From contig CAXXFV010000006.1 of assembly GCA_963674595.2 (NCBI GenBank), positions 64,001 to 128,000 on the forward strand: a stretch of 64,000 nucleotides of DNA. Reading direction: 5' to 3'. A program made the position numbers and the translations under genes. This DNA is from a bacterium (GTDB lineage: Bacteria > Zhuqueibacterota > Zhuqueibacteria > Residuimicrobiales > Krinioviventaceae). Under the pieces are notes generated by a model. The model searched no databases, was not told the origin of the DNA, and worked only from the letters and a program-made list of their open reading frames with translations. Positions 28,287-38,259 of the stretch are shown in pieces. Position 1 is the stretch's first letter; each line of letters opens with the position of its first letter.

Positions 28287-29660
28287 ATGAGTATATCACT
28301 AGGTAAAATTTTAATCGTTGATGATAATGAAGACATTTTATTCGCGGGTCGGCTGTTGTTAAAAGAGTATGCCTCATTGATACATACGGAAAAAGACCCG
28401 GAAATGATACCAACTTTATTAAAAAATGAAAACTATGATCTGGTTTTGCTGGATATGAATTTCACCCAGGACGTGACAAGCGGCTCTGAGGGATTTTTTT
28501 GGTTAAAGAAAATTTTAGAACTGGACCCTGGTATTGTTGTAATTTTGATAACAGCCTATGGTGATGTTGAAATGGCGGTTCGGGCCATTAAAGAAGGGGC
28601 AACTGATTTTGTTTTAAAACCCTGGCAAAATGAAAAACTGCTGGCAACCTTGTCTGCAGCCATGAATTTACGCAGGTCCATGGTAGAAGTGGACCGGTTG
28701 AAAAATCGTCAAAAACAGTTTTATGACGACATGGACCAGCGTTATCATGATATGATCGGTGTTAGTCCCGGTATGCAGCAGGTGTTTAATAGCATCGACA
28801 AGGTGGCAGAAACGGACGCCAATGTTCTTATTCTTGGAGAAAACGGCACCGGCAAAGAACTGGTTGCCAGGGCATTGCACCGGCAATCGGGCCGTTCTAA
28901 TGAAGCTTTTATTAGTGTGGATATGGGGGCTATTACCGAAACCCTGTTTGAGAGTGAACTGTTCGGGCATGTAAAAGGAGCTTATACGGACGCCCGGCAG
29001 GACCGCATCGGCCGTTTTGAACTGGCAGCCGGCGGTACGTTGTTTTTGGATGAAATTGGTAATTTATCCATGGCCCAACAGGCCAAATTATTAAGGGTCC
29101 TGGAAGAGCGTCAGGTTACTCGTATCGGTTCGAACAAATCCATTCCCATTGACATTCGTTTGATTTGTGCGACAAACATGCCCATTTATGAAATGGTCGC
29201 CCAAAAAGAGTTCCGCCAGGATTTGCTGTATCGTATCAATACCGTTGAAATTCATTTGCCGCCGCTTCGGGAACGCGTTCAGGACATTCCCTTGCTTGTA
29301 GACCACTTTTTGCAGATTAATAGTAAAAAATATAAAAAGAACATTTCAGGAACAAGTCCGGCTACCTTGAAGAAATTACAAACCTATCAATGGCCGGGAA
29401 ATATCCGGGAACTGCGGCATTCGATAGAGCGGGCTGTTATAATGAGTGATTCTGTGATTTTACAACCCCCGGATTTTTTGCTGACGGATGTTTCCGAAGA
29501 AGAAGGTATTGTTCTTGACGGTTATGATTTGGAAAAAGTAGAAAAAACCGTTATTCGTAAAGTATTGCTGGCAAACCATGATAATATTTCCCATGCCGCC
29601 AAAGAACTGGGAATTACCCGGACCGCATTATACCGACGGATGAAAAAATATGGGCTTTAA
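28287..29660 (+). CDS. Sigma54-dependent response regulator (REC-AAA+-Fis HTH, NtrC family)
   Basis: ILIVDD, LLDMNF, KPW; GENGTGKEL, ESELFGHVKGAYTDA (GAFTGA-loop variant), LFLDEIG, FRQDLLYRIN, WPGNIREL; HTH NISHAAKELGITRTALYRRM. Confidence 0.96.
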   Translation: MSISLGKILIVDDNEDILFAGRLLLKEYASLIHTEKDPEMIPTLLKNENYDLVLLDMNFTQDVTSGSEGFFWLKKILELDPGIVVILITAYGDVEMAVRAIKEGATDFVLKPWQNEKLLATLSAAMNLRRSMVEVDRLKNRQKQFYDDMDQRYHDMIGVSPGMQQVFNSIDKVAETDANVLILGENGTGKELVARALHRQSGRSNEAFISVDMGAITETLFESELFGHVKGAYTDARQDRIGRFELAAGGTLFLDEIGNLSMAQQAKLLRVLEERQVTRIGSNKSIPIDIRLICATNMPIYEMVAQKEFRQDLLYRINTVEIHLPPLRERVQDIPLLVDHFLQINSKKYKKNISGTSPATLKKLQTYQWPGNIRELRHSIERAVIMSDSVILQPPDFLLTDVSEEEGIVLDGYDLEKVEKTVIRKVLLANHDNISHAAKELGITRTALYRRMKKYGL

Positions 29661-31002
29661 AAACTTTCGTTTTCAATGTTTGTGGCGTTTGTTTTTCATT
29701 TTTTTGTCCCTGACGGCAACCACCTATTTTTTAACCCAGACAAAACTTTATGCCACGGTCATTATATTTGTGTTTATTATTGCTCTGCAGCTTTATAACC
29801 TGTTTTTATATGTTCAAAAAACAAATATTGAGTTGAAACGTTTTCTGGAATCAATTCGTCATTCAGATTTTTCAACCAGCTTTACACGGTATGAATCCGA
29901 TGTCGGTTTCGGGGATTTGTATGATGAATTTAATCTGGTCATCAAACAGTTTCAAAAGGCACGTTCCGAAAAGGAAGAACAATACCGCTACCTGCAAACC
30001 GTGGTTCAACATATCGGCACCGGACTTTTTGCCTTTAAAGCCACCGGCGAAATCGATCTGATCAACAATGCTGCCAGACGTCTGCTGAAAATTCCTCATG
30101 CCCGGCACATTAAACAATTGCAGCAATCCTGTCCTGAACTGGCGGAAAAAATTTTGCAGCTCCGTTCCGGGCAAAAAACTCTTGTAAAGCTTTATATTGA
30201 AAACGAATTTTTACAGCTCACTGTTTATGCAACAGAATTTGTTTTACATCAGCAAAAATATAAACTGGTTTCCCTTTCCAATATTCAAAGTGAACTGGAA
30301 GAGAAGGAAATGGAAGCCTGGCAAAACCTGATCCGGGTACTGACACATGAAATTATGAACTCGATTACGCCCATATCTTCACTGGCGTCAACCACCACTA
30401 AAATTGTCGGCAAACATTTGGATAAATTCGATCATCCCAGCGATGCTGCTGAGGATTTTCAGGATGTCTTACAGGCTATCCAAACCATTGAAAAGCGAAG
30501 TAATAACCTGCTGCACTTTGTACAAAATTATCGCAAGCTTACCAAAATACCGGCGCCTGATTTTAAAATATTTCAGATTTCAGAACTGTTTGCCCAGGTG
30601 AATCAGCTTGTACGTGCGCAGATGCAGCAGTTTGGAATTCAGTACCAATGCTCCATCGATCCCGAATCTTTGGAACTGACGGCTGATCCGGGTTTGCTGG
30701 AACAGGTATTGTTAAATTTGTTGAAAAATGCCGTCGAAGCTGTTCAGGGACAAACGGCGCCTGTTGTTGAACTAGATGCCGGTCTTGATGGCACAGGCAG
30801 ACCCTTTATTCGTGTTTCCGACAATGGTTATGGCATTCAAAAAGACGCCATGAAAAATATGTTTATTCCGTTTTTTACCACCAAAAAGGAAGGCTCCGGT
30901 ATCGGTCTTTCGTTATCCCGGCAGATCATGCGCCAGCATGGCGGTGCTATTCAGGTGGTTTCTGTTCCCAATGAAAAGACTGTTTTTACCCTGCGGTTTT
31001 GA
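29650..31002 (+). CDS. Sensor histidine kinase (two adjacent TMs, PAS-like region, HisKA/HATPase)
   Basis: H-box LTHEIMNS, N-box QVLLNLLKNA, DNGYGI, FFTTK, GSGIGL; overlaps the regulator stop by 11 bp. Confidence 0.94.
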   Translation: MGFKNFRFQCLWRLFFIFLSLTATTYFLTQTKLYATVIIFVFIIALQLYNLFLYVQKTNIELKRFLESIRHSDFSTSFTRYESDVGFGDLYDEFNLVIKQFQKARSEKEEQYRYLQTVVQHIGTGLFAFKATGEIDLINNAARRLLKIPHARHIKQLQQSCPELAEKILQLRSGQKTLVKLYIENEFLQLTVYATEFVLHQQKYKLVSLSNIQSELEEKEMEAWQNLIRVLTHEIMNSITPISSLASTTTKIVGKHLDKFDHPSDAAEDFQDVLQAIQTIEKRSNNLLHFVQNYRKLTKIPAPDFKIFQISELFAQVNQLVRAQMQQFGIQYQCSIDPESLELTADPGLLEQVLLNLLKNAVEAVQGQTAPVVELDAGLDGTGRPFIRVSDNGYGIQKDAMKNMFIPFFTTKKEGSGIGLSLSRQIMRQHGGAIQVVSVPNEKTVFTLRF

Positions 31003-31074
31003 ATTTTAGATTTTGATTTAAATTAAATTTGATGAGGAATTTAATCCAGATTCCTTTGTAACGTACCTAATTAT

Positions 31075-31461
31075 TTATTCTCCTGTATTAAAAAGCCAAT
31101 TCCTGGCATCCTCTTCATTATCAAATATTTTAACCGGAAAACCGCGATTCGATGCCACTGTTGCAGCAAAAACATTATCCTGCCGTGATTGTTCGTTAAG
31201 GTCTACGACAGCCAGTTGAAATTTACGACTCCAACCGACTGCATCGGGATTTTTTGCGCCATAATATGCTTTCATGATAGGCAACCGTCCCGTAAGGTTT
31301 AAAATAGCCAATATTTTATGGATTGACTTTTCATGGCACATTTTCATTACACGTATCCAGACGTTGGTCATAATTTCTGTTTCCTGCCCTGGTATTCGGT
31401 CCCCTGATACTTTAACCAGAATATAATTTTCTTCTTCCTGTATGATAACATTGTCCGTCAT
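31075..31461 (-). CDS. STAS/SpoIIAA-like small protein
   Basis: 128 aa; ends TVASNRGFPVKIFDNEEDARNWL, typical of SpoIIAA-like proteins; GAGGAG RBS. Confidence 0.7.
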   Translation of the reverse strand: MTDNVIIQEEENYILVKVSGDRIPGQETEIMTNVWIRVMKMCHEKSIHKILAILNLTGRLPIMKAYYGAKNPDAVGWSRKFQLAVVDLNEQSRQDNVFAATVASNRGFPVKIFDNEEDARNWLFNTGE

Positions 31462-31784
31462 TGAAACTCCTCATATATTTCACAAACATTGACAGGAAAT
31501 AATATACATAATTTGTTATCTTGTACATGCCGACTTTTTTTTCTGCCAAATTTAATATGCATTATTTAAATCATTATCTTTATACAGTTATTTCACAAAC
31601 CTCCGGCTTGATAAAATCCCTGAAATTATTTCAATACCGACGATAATATTGACAACCCGATAACTTTTAATATTCAATTTTATTATCTGTTACATAGAAC
31701 TTTATTCTTTAAAGATATATTTCAAAAATATTAATGACTGTTAAGAAAGTTTTGTGGCTTTTTTACCAGTAAAGCCATTTAATT

Positions 31785-32177
31785 TTATTTCTTTTTCTTA
31801 TACTTGTTTATTATTAACAGTGTGAGGCAGGTAAATAGCAGAATCCCAAGGTAGCTAAAGAGTAAATCGATTATAGAAAAATTTCGTGTTTTTATAAAAT
31901 ATTGAGAAATTTCTTCAATCGTTATTAAAATAGTTATGATAAAGGCAGCTCTAGATGCCCGTTTCTTTTGTATATCAAAAGATTGTTTTATAATCAATAT
32001 TTGCTGAACCAGAAAAGTAAAAGTGCCTATCAACAACAGATGTCCAATTTTATCCCCATGGGGAAACATGTACAATCTGTTTATAAAAAAAGGCAATTCT
32101 CCTTTGTCGGCGCTAAAAAAAATCCATACCATGAAAATTGTACATAGCGAAATAAAAATAATGGAAATATTTTTCAT
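31785..32177 (-). CDS. VanZ-family membrane protein
   Basis: DKIGH, EEISQYF..TRNFS..DL motifs; hydrophobic segments. Confidence 0.8.
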   Translation of the reverse strand: MKNISIIFISLCTIFMVWIFFSADKGELPFFINRLYMFPHGDKIGHLLLIGTFTFLVQQILIIKQSFDIQKKRASRAAFIITILITIEEISQYFIKTRNFSIIDLLFSYLGILLFTCLTLLIINKYKKKK

Positions 32178-32208
32178 AAAATTTTTTATCTATCCCTACT
32201 ATTAACTT

Positions 32209-35106
32209 TTAATAACCATTCAAAATACGTACCGGCCCAATCAAACCGGATGGCATAAGCGGGCTGTCTTTTGTATAGTGCCGGCCTGATGTAAACGTAT
32301 AGCGTCCTGCAGGGCTTTTTTGACCGTTTTTGAACCAAGCCGGCCATCTGTAAAGTGTTTCCCAGTCTTTCCAGTCGGCGTCCAGGGGGAGTTGCTCGTC
32401 CCCGATCATACGGTTAACCCAGGTATTAACAACAGCTATTTCAAGGTTATTTTTTCCGGGAATCAGCGCGTTGGAAATGTCAACACGATAGGGCGGTTTC
32501 CATGTAATACCGCAATCTTTACCATTAAGTGTGACCCGGGCCATGACCTGGACATTTTTGAAATCCAGACAAAATTGAGCGGTGCTGTTTAATTTAACAG
32601 TATCAGCAAAATCAAATTCGGTCTTATAATTTGCCGTGCCGGAATAGTATTTTACCAACGGATCAGAAAATTCGGACCAGGATTTCAAATTGTCGAGTGT
32701 CAGTGTATCCTGCGTTCCCCAGTTAGGATCGAAACTCAGTTGCCAGGTGCTTTTAATTTCCTGGACCAGTTGCCAGGTAGAAAAAGGATTTTTTTGTGAT
32801 TTATTAACAGTCGGTTTTTCCCGAAAAACAACAAACCAGCTCTGTGCAGGATTAAATTGCAGGGGTATTGTTGTATTGTTTTTGTTTTGCTGAACATTCG
32901 GCAGATTAAAAATTTCCCCGGTTTCCGCATTCCATAGTTCCGGTTTTCTGCCTGTGATTCGAAAAGTGCATTCACGTTTTACAGGTTCCTGTTTGGTATT
33001 GGCGATGAAATACAGATCCGTTTCTTTTGTATGACGGTGGATCCACATCAAATCGTCACCTTTAAAATCAGGATCAATTTTGTCCCCGGCGAAAACAGTT
33101 TTCCAGCCATCCTTGGGAAGTAAAGGCCAACTATCCGCTAAATTTTTTACCCGAGTGTCGGATTCAGGATACCCTTCCAGACCGGGCGTACCGGTGATGG
33201 GGGATTGTAAATAAATTAAAGCGCCTTGTTCTTTTAACTCCTGGATCTTTAGGGCAGCCGGCAGAGTTAATTTTCCGGAACGGGGGAGAGCAAGGTATTT
33301 GTAACTGACGCCTGTCGGCAGATAAATTCGTCCCTGTTTGACCGACATTTGTTGAATGATTTCGCTTGTGCAAAAATCAAAGTCATAACCGAAAGGAAGT
33401 TCAAATTCCATATCGTTAAAGTTAAGCGGTGCGCCTTCATGATATAAACAGGCTACGTCCACAACCCTGCGGCCTTGCTGCAAAAGAAATTGACAGCGGG
33501 ACACATAATTAAAATAGGGTTTGCTAAATTCCCACCAGGTTTGATGGCGGTTAAAATGCTGTCCCCATTTTCGATGCGTCAGTCCCGGCACCATATTGTC
33601 ATAAGCCTGGTGGGCTGACAGGTGAATGATATAATGGCTGACGCCGTTGCAAAAGGCTTCATCACCCATAGCTTTGATGAGATAAGGGTGGTCTACCCAA
33701 CCCCGGCAGCCGGTAAAAGCTTCGGCGCCGACCCGGTTTTTACCATAGGTATTGGCTATTGATGCCAACCCTTTCATCGATGTATACCAATATTTACTGA
33801 ATGTTGGAAACGGATTAATAATATCTCTTTCCGTCCAAAATTCACAGATGGGAAAATCACTTTTACTTGCATAATCCAGCGTATTGACACACAGACGGCC
33901 ATAGGGTTCACAGGAAAATTGCACGCCATAGGATTTGATCAATTCCTTAAGCCGGTTAATATAGTTTGCCGGAATAACTTTGCTTACTGTCTGACGAAGG
34001 TCCCAAAGAAAACGGTCGGTTTTTTCACGACTTTCAACAGCCTGGCCTGTCAGGACGAGCAGCCAGGGATGTATATCATATCCCCGTCTGGCTTGAAACT
34101 CTTTTTCAAAATCTTTGGTCCAGTTTTGACCATGAGCTTCCCAACTGTCAATGTGAATATATTGCAGTGTACGACCGGCTTTATCTCCGGCCGCCTCAAG
34201 TATAGGTTTAAGTCGGTGTTCGAAATGCGTATCAATGCCGCGTTTATTCAACCGGTCGCATTCCAGGCCCACAGCCGTAATAGGGCAGGGGCGTGTCATT
34301 TTAAAATTACTGGCATATCCCAGCCGAATGATCGTCCAGTTTCCTTTCGGAGCGTTCCATTCTAGCCGGCCATCGTTTTGCATACGATCTGTCAGATCGA
34401 TAATATCTTTACGGTTCACCGGAACCAGATTTGTGTTTTCATCAAGTGACGGCAGATGGGTTTTCCATCCGCGACCATCAAAGTCTATAAGAGGGGCAAT
34501 ACGGGGTGTTTTGTCCAGTGATGAGGGATAGGCAAGTACGGCCACATCCCGGTACGAGTCGATCTCTTTTAGCGCCTTGGTAACCACCGGATTCATCGTT
34601 TGTCCCGGATTCATCCAGGCTGCTTTCAGGTTCGGCCGGTAATCCACAATCGGTTTTTCCAGGAGCGTTGAAATTTGTTTGCCGCCCTTAATTTGAGTTT
34701 CGCTCCATACCAGTTCCTGCATGGACAAATCGGGCGTAATATAGGGGCCTCCGCTGCCGTAACCGAAATCGACACTCAAATCAAAGTCCAGCCCCAAACG
34801 ATCCGCCTCGGAAATGGCCCACTGCATGGCCTCGTTCCATTCCTCTGTTCCCGCTTCAACCTTGCCCTGCGGCGCCCACCAGGGCCCGCTTACTTCCATC
34901 CATAATACACCGCCAATGCCAACGCGTTTCATGGCTTCCAGGTCTTTGGTAATGCCTTCCTTGCTGATATTGCCGTTAATCCAGAACCAAAACACCCAGG
35001 GCTTGACCGAATCAGGCGGATTTTGAAAGGAATGTTCCAGGTTTTGATTGCTGACATTACAGCTTGCAAAAAGAAAAAGTATCAGGGATAAAAGTAGTTT
35101 TTTCAC
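32209..35106 (-). CDS. Glycoside hydrolase family 106 (alpha-L-rhamnosidase-like) lipoprotein
   Basis: Lipobox LFASC; FQNPP..KPWVFWFWINGNISKEGITKDLEAMK, SGGP, HIDSWE, AEAFT, C-terminal NTWVNRMIGD...SGLIGPV. Confidence 0.88.
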   Translation of the reverse strand: MKKLLLSLILFLFASCNVSNQNLEHSFQNPPDSVKPWVFWFWINGNISKEGITKDLEAMKRVGIGGVLWMEVSGPWWAPQGKVEAGTEEWNEAMQWAISEADRLGLDFDLSVDFGYGSGGPYITPDLSMQELVWSETQIKGGKQISTLLEKPIVDYRPNLKAAWMNPGQTMNPVVTKALKEIDSYRDVAVLAYPSSLDKTPRIAPLIDFDGRGWKTHLPSLDENTNLVPVNRKDIIDLTDRMQNDGRLEWNAPKGNWTIIRLGYASNFKMTRPCPITAVGLECDRLNKRGIDTHFEHRLKPILEAAGDKAGRTLQYIHIDSWEAHGQNWTKDFEKEFQARRGYDIHPWLLVLTGQAVESREKTDRFLWDLRQTVSKVIPANYINRLKELIKSYGVQFSCEPYGRLCVNTLDYASKSDFPICEFWTERDIINPFPTFSKYWYTSMKGLASIANTYGKNRVGAEAFTGCRGWVDHPYLIKAMGDEAFCNGVSHYIIHLSAHQAYDNMVPGLTHRKWGQHFNRHQTWWEFSKPYFNYVSRCQFLLQQGRRVVDVACLYHEGAPLNFNDMEFELPFGYDFDFCTSEIIQQMSVKQGRIYLPTGVSYKYLALPRSGKLTLPAALKIQELKEQGALIYLQSPITGTPGLEGYPESDTRVKNLADSWPLLPKDGWKTVFAGDKIDPDFKGDDLMWIHRHTKETDLYFIANTKQEPVKRECTFRITGRKPELWNAETGEIFNLPNVQQNKNNTTIPLQFNPAQSWFVVFREKPTVNKSQKNPFSTWQLVQEIKSTWQLSFDPNWGTQDTLTLDNLKSWSEFSDPLVKYYSGTANYKTEFDFADTVKLNSTAQFCLDFKNVQVMARVTLNGKDCGITWKPPYRVDISNALIPGKNNLEIAVVNTWVNRMIGDEQLPLDADWKDWETLYRWPAWFKNGQKSPAGRYTFTSGRHYTKDSPLMPSGLIGPVRILNGY

Positions 35107-35116
35107 TTGACGCCTC

Positions 35117-35917
35117 TTACATATAAATTTCCGGCTCCTTGCGCTGGGAACAATTGCTTTGCAGCCATTCTGTTATTTGGTCCATTCTTGGATGTACAAT
35201 CTCCCGGGCACCGGACGGACAATTTTTAACACATGCACAACAGACGATGCATGATTCCTGATTTGTCATAATAGTGCTGTTTATGCTGATTGCAAAAGTC
35301 GGGCAGACATTAAAACAAATTTCACATTTTGTGCATAGCTCTTCATTTGTCGTCGGAGAAATTGCAAGTTTGGGACTGCGTTCTCTGTATGGATGATTTC
35401 CGGGAATGTTTAATGTGGACGTATTATTGTTTTGATAAAACTGCTCCAATACACTGTTGATGTCCTTCCCAAAGGATTCAGCCTTTTCCAGGTCTATTTC
35501 ATCCGGGCGACCATCAGCAATGGGTGTTTCTTCCGTGGAAAAGGAATGCTCTCCAATAAAAGCTGCTCCGGCGATTGGAATAAATCCATTTTCAGAAACG
35601 AGATCACGCAGCTCGACAAGAGCATCTTCATATTCCCGGTTACCATACACCACAACCAGGACAGCAGGTGTGTGTTCGGCCTTGAGTTGTTTTAACCGTT
35701 CAATAGCAACAAGCGGAACCCTGCCGCCGTACACCGGAACACCGATGATGGCCAATTCTTTTTCTGCCGCATTATCTGTTTCTTTTAGTTTTGACTTTCG
35801 TGTTAAATCCAGATGTTCTATTTTATTAGCCTGAATACCGTTTGCAATACTTTCCAGAACTTTTTTTGTTGTTTCGGTTGGTGAAAAATAGACTAATTTT
35901 ACTGTCGTAAGCGGCAT
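35117..35917 (-). CDS. Flavodoxin-like + 4Fe-4S dicluster protein (EFR1-like)
   Basis: YFSPT, PVYGGRVP, YGNREYEDAL; two CxxCxxCxxxCP motifs. Confidence 0.88.
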   Translation of the reverse strand: MPLTTVKLVYFSPTETTKKVLESIANGIQANKIEHLDLTRKSKLKETDNAAEKELAIIGVPVYGGRVPLVAIERLKQLKAEHTPAVLVVVYGNREYEDALVELRDLVSENGFIPIAGAAFIGEHSFSTEETPIADGRPDEIDLEKAESFGKDINSVLEQFYQNNNTSTLNIPGNHPYRERSPKLAISPTTNEELCTKCEICFNVCPTFAISINSTIMTNQESCIVCCACVKNCPSGAREIVHPRMDQITEWLQSNCSQRKEPEIYM

Positions 35918-36016
35918 AGTTGGTTCCTTTTCAAAATCGCTTGTTGAATCAAGTGTTTTCTATATGTTCATGTTATTATATTTAAGGCTGGTAATAAACA
36001 AATCGTTTGGATATAT

Positions 36017-36045
36017 AGAGTAGCCAGAATTTTTGGAATAGTCAA
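36017..36045 (-). promoter_or_regulatory. Putative sigma70 promoter
   Basis: TTGACT-N17-TACTCT upstream of 35917. Confidence 0.5.
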
Positions 36046-36112
36046 GAAATTTTTGTTTGATATGCGGTATGTTTTGTAGATGAAAAATAAAACCTGGAAA
36101 CTGTTTGTCAAA

Positions 36113-36706
36113 TTATTTTGCTTTGCGGGTGCCTAACAGATCAGAAAATTTTCTTTTTAACCAGGACGTATTGTTTGGAAAAATCATCCCGGAAGCGTGA
36201 CGAATGTCTTCAACGGAATAAAAAGCATTTGGATTAAAGTGTTGTATGTTTGTAAGCACATAGGGCAAATAGGAACGTTTGGTTACCGTGAAAATAATTT
36301 GCACAGGTCCGGTTGCGCCGGCTGCATCCACAACTGTTACGCCCAGATCCGAAACTCTTAAAAAGTTTATCAGATCCGATGCATCCTTTCGTGTAATGAC
36401 CTGCACAACGACCATTCCCATTGCCAGCTTTTGTTCGATGAGAATGCCGATAAAATTTCCGATTGCAAATCCCAGGGCATAGGCAAAATAATTAACAATA
36501 TTTGTTAAATTATTCATAACCTGGCCGATTGCCAGCAGCCAGATAAATACCTCAAAAAAGCCAAGAATGGGGGCAATTTTTTTATCCCCTTTGGAGACGA
36601 GGATAATACGCAGCGTACCCAGTGTTACATCCATTATTCGTGCCAGGCATATTAACAATGGAATAACAATATAGGTAAAATAAGAAGAGTTTATAATATC
36701 GTTCAT
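36113..36706 (-). CDS. UPF0316/DUF2179-family membrane protein
   Basis: ARIMDVTLGTLR, GFFEVFIW, YALGFAIGNFIGILIE, NPNAFYSVEDIR. Confidence 0.85.
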   Translation of the reverse strand: MNDIINSSYFTYIVIPLLICLARIMDVTLGTLRIILVSKGDKKIAPILGFFEVFIWLLAIGQVMNNLTNIVNYFAYALGFAIGNFIGILIEQKLAMGMVVVQVITRKDASDLINFLRVSDLGVTVVDAAGATGPVQIIFTVTKRSYLPYVLTNIQHFNPNAFYSVEDIRHASGMIFPNNTSWLKRKFSDLLGTRKAK

Positions 36707-36786
36707 TTGTTCGGCTCTGTTTTGTTCAGCGGTTTCGGTTTTTTTGGTTATAGAAATTGATATATCAGTCCATATCTGTCAGTGGA

Positions 36787-36815
36787 AGTGTACAAATTTT
36801 ATAAAAGCAGTGCAA
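36787..36815 (-). promoter_or_regulatory. Putative sigma70 promoter
   Basis: TTGCAC-N17-TACACT upstream of 36706. Confidence 0.45.
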
Positions 36816-36965
36816 GTGGTTTTTGAAATTTTTGGTTGATTTAGGGAGGGTATGTTTGAATTTTACAAAATTGTTAGGATTGCAGGGAAATATTTTTAGC
36901 ATAAGGCTATATATGAATATTAATTATAGTTTAATGATAGGTGGTTTTAAATTGAAGTTTGATTC

Positions 36966-37026
36966 TGATAATGCATGCATAACTAGAAAGGCGATAATCT
37001 TGTCTGAGTTAATGTGATTGTTGGGC
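36966..37026 (-). mobile_element. Degenerate integron attC site (61 bp)
   Basis: Minus strand GCCCAAC-AATCA-CATTAAC-TCAGAC...CTAGTTATG-CATGC-ATTATCA, 7 nt after the stop codon. R'', L'' and L' are recognisable; the R' GTT has decayed to ATT. Confidence 0.6.
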
Positions 37027-37033
37027 AATATCT

Positions 37034-38128
37034 CTATGTATATTTTCTGCTTATTATTGACCATGAAGTAAGACGACGTGATAAATTATATTTAGGTGGA
37101 TAATAATACGGATTTTGATTTAACATTAAACTTCTTACAAAAGCTTTACTTGATAAATCGCATTTATTCCACCAAGACTCTGAAAAATAGGTATTCTCAC
37201 AATAAGCAAAAAAGAATTGAGGGATAAAACACTCAAGCTCTTCATTCGAGAGTTTCTGAATGTCATCAATGTATTTACTAGGTGCATCTGATTTTGTCTC
37301 CCAGAGGAATACAATATTTGCGCCATCATATCCTATATCCACACCAAACGAAAGCCACTCTATTTCTGCATTTACATCATGCAATGTTTGTAGATGTTCA
37401 CCTCTCAAAGTTTGGTTTGGTGAAATTCCTCCAGTTGAAGCTATATCAAGCGAGCCAGTTATTTTGATATGAAAAGTATCAAAGCCACTATAGTCATGAC
37501 GTAGATAAGAATCATCCATTATAGTTTTAACTCGCTTTAACTCTTCATATCCCTTCTTGAATCCCGTGTTCAGAATCTCAAGTTTTTCTTGATTTCTTTT
37601 TTGAATATCGATTGTCATTCCTCGATCGATATATTTTTTTATCGTGGGAATTGATAGAATCCCTCGTTTTTTCTGATATAATTCCCAACAAATAGCTCTA
37701 TAACCTATAAGAAAAATTTGTTCTTTAGACCCCGAGAATGGTTTAGATTCAAGCGTCGCAAATGTACTACTATCATGTTTATTGCAGAATGCCTCGAAAG
37801 TAGCTGCCTTACGTAAACCTTTTCGATGTACTTTAAGTTGATCGCTTTCAAGGCTCTTTGGATAGAAAGTTAAAATGTGATGATCAGGACTTTCTATTGC
37901 CTTTAGTACGCGCGATCGCTGTAATGTATGTGCAGAGGATATTTTTCCGCAAACATTGGGAGCAGCTTCTGGGTGAAGGCAAATAGGACACCTTGAATTT
38001 TTCGATGTTTTATCCCTAATTGCCTCAAAAGGTAGTTGGTTTTCTGATTCTCTGTTTAAGTGGCAATTTTTATATTTTAGACCGGACCCACACCAACAAG
38101 GATCATTTCTTCCAATTTTTTTTGACAA
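37034..38128 (-). CDS. SEC-C motif-containing protein (integron cassette-like gene)
   Basis: KIGRNDPCWCGSGLKYKNCH; further C/H motifs (CLHP...C, AHTLQ, FCNKHD); GTTAGGC core site directly before RBS AGGAG and the TTG start. Confidence 0.85.
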   Translation of the reverse strand: MSKKIGRNDPCWCGSGLKYKNCHLNRESENQLPFEAIRDKTSKNSRCPICLHPEAAPNVCGKISSAHTLQRSRVLKAIESPDHHILTFYPKSLESDQLKVHRKGLRKAATFEAFCNKHDSSTFATLESKPFSGSKEQIFLIGYRAICWELYQKKRGILSIPTIKKYIDRGMTIDIQKRNQEKLEILNTGFKKGYEELKRVKTIMDDSYLRHDYSGFDTFHIKITGSLDIASTGGISPNQTLRGEHLQTLHDVNAEIEWLSFGVDIGYDGANIVFLWETKSDAPSKYIDDIQKLSNEELECFIPQFFFAYCENTYFSESWWNKCDLSSKAFVRSLMLNQNPYYYPPKYNLSRRLTSWSIISRKYT

Positions 38129-38259
38129 ACCTGTCTACTCCCTAGTGCCTAACATAGTTATTAGATTCTAATAATTTATTATAAATCGATATTATATGTT
38201 GTTGGATCAGAAAAACTGACCCTGTTTATCACTGGAAGCAATTGTTCTTTTTATTTATT

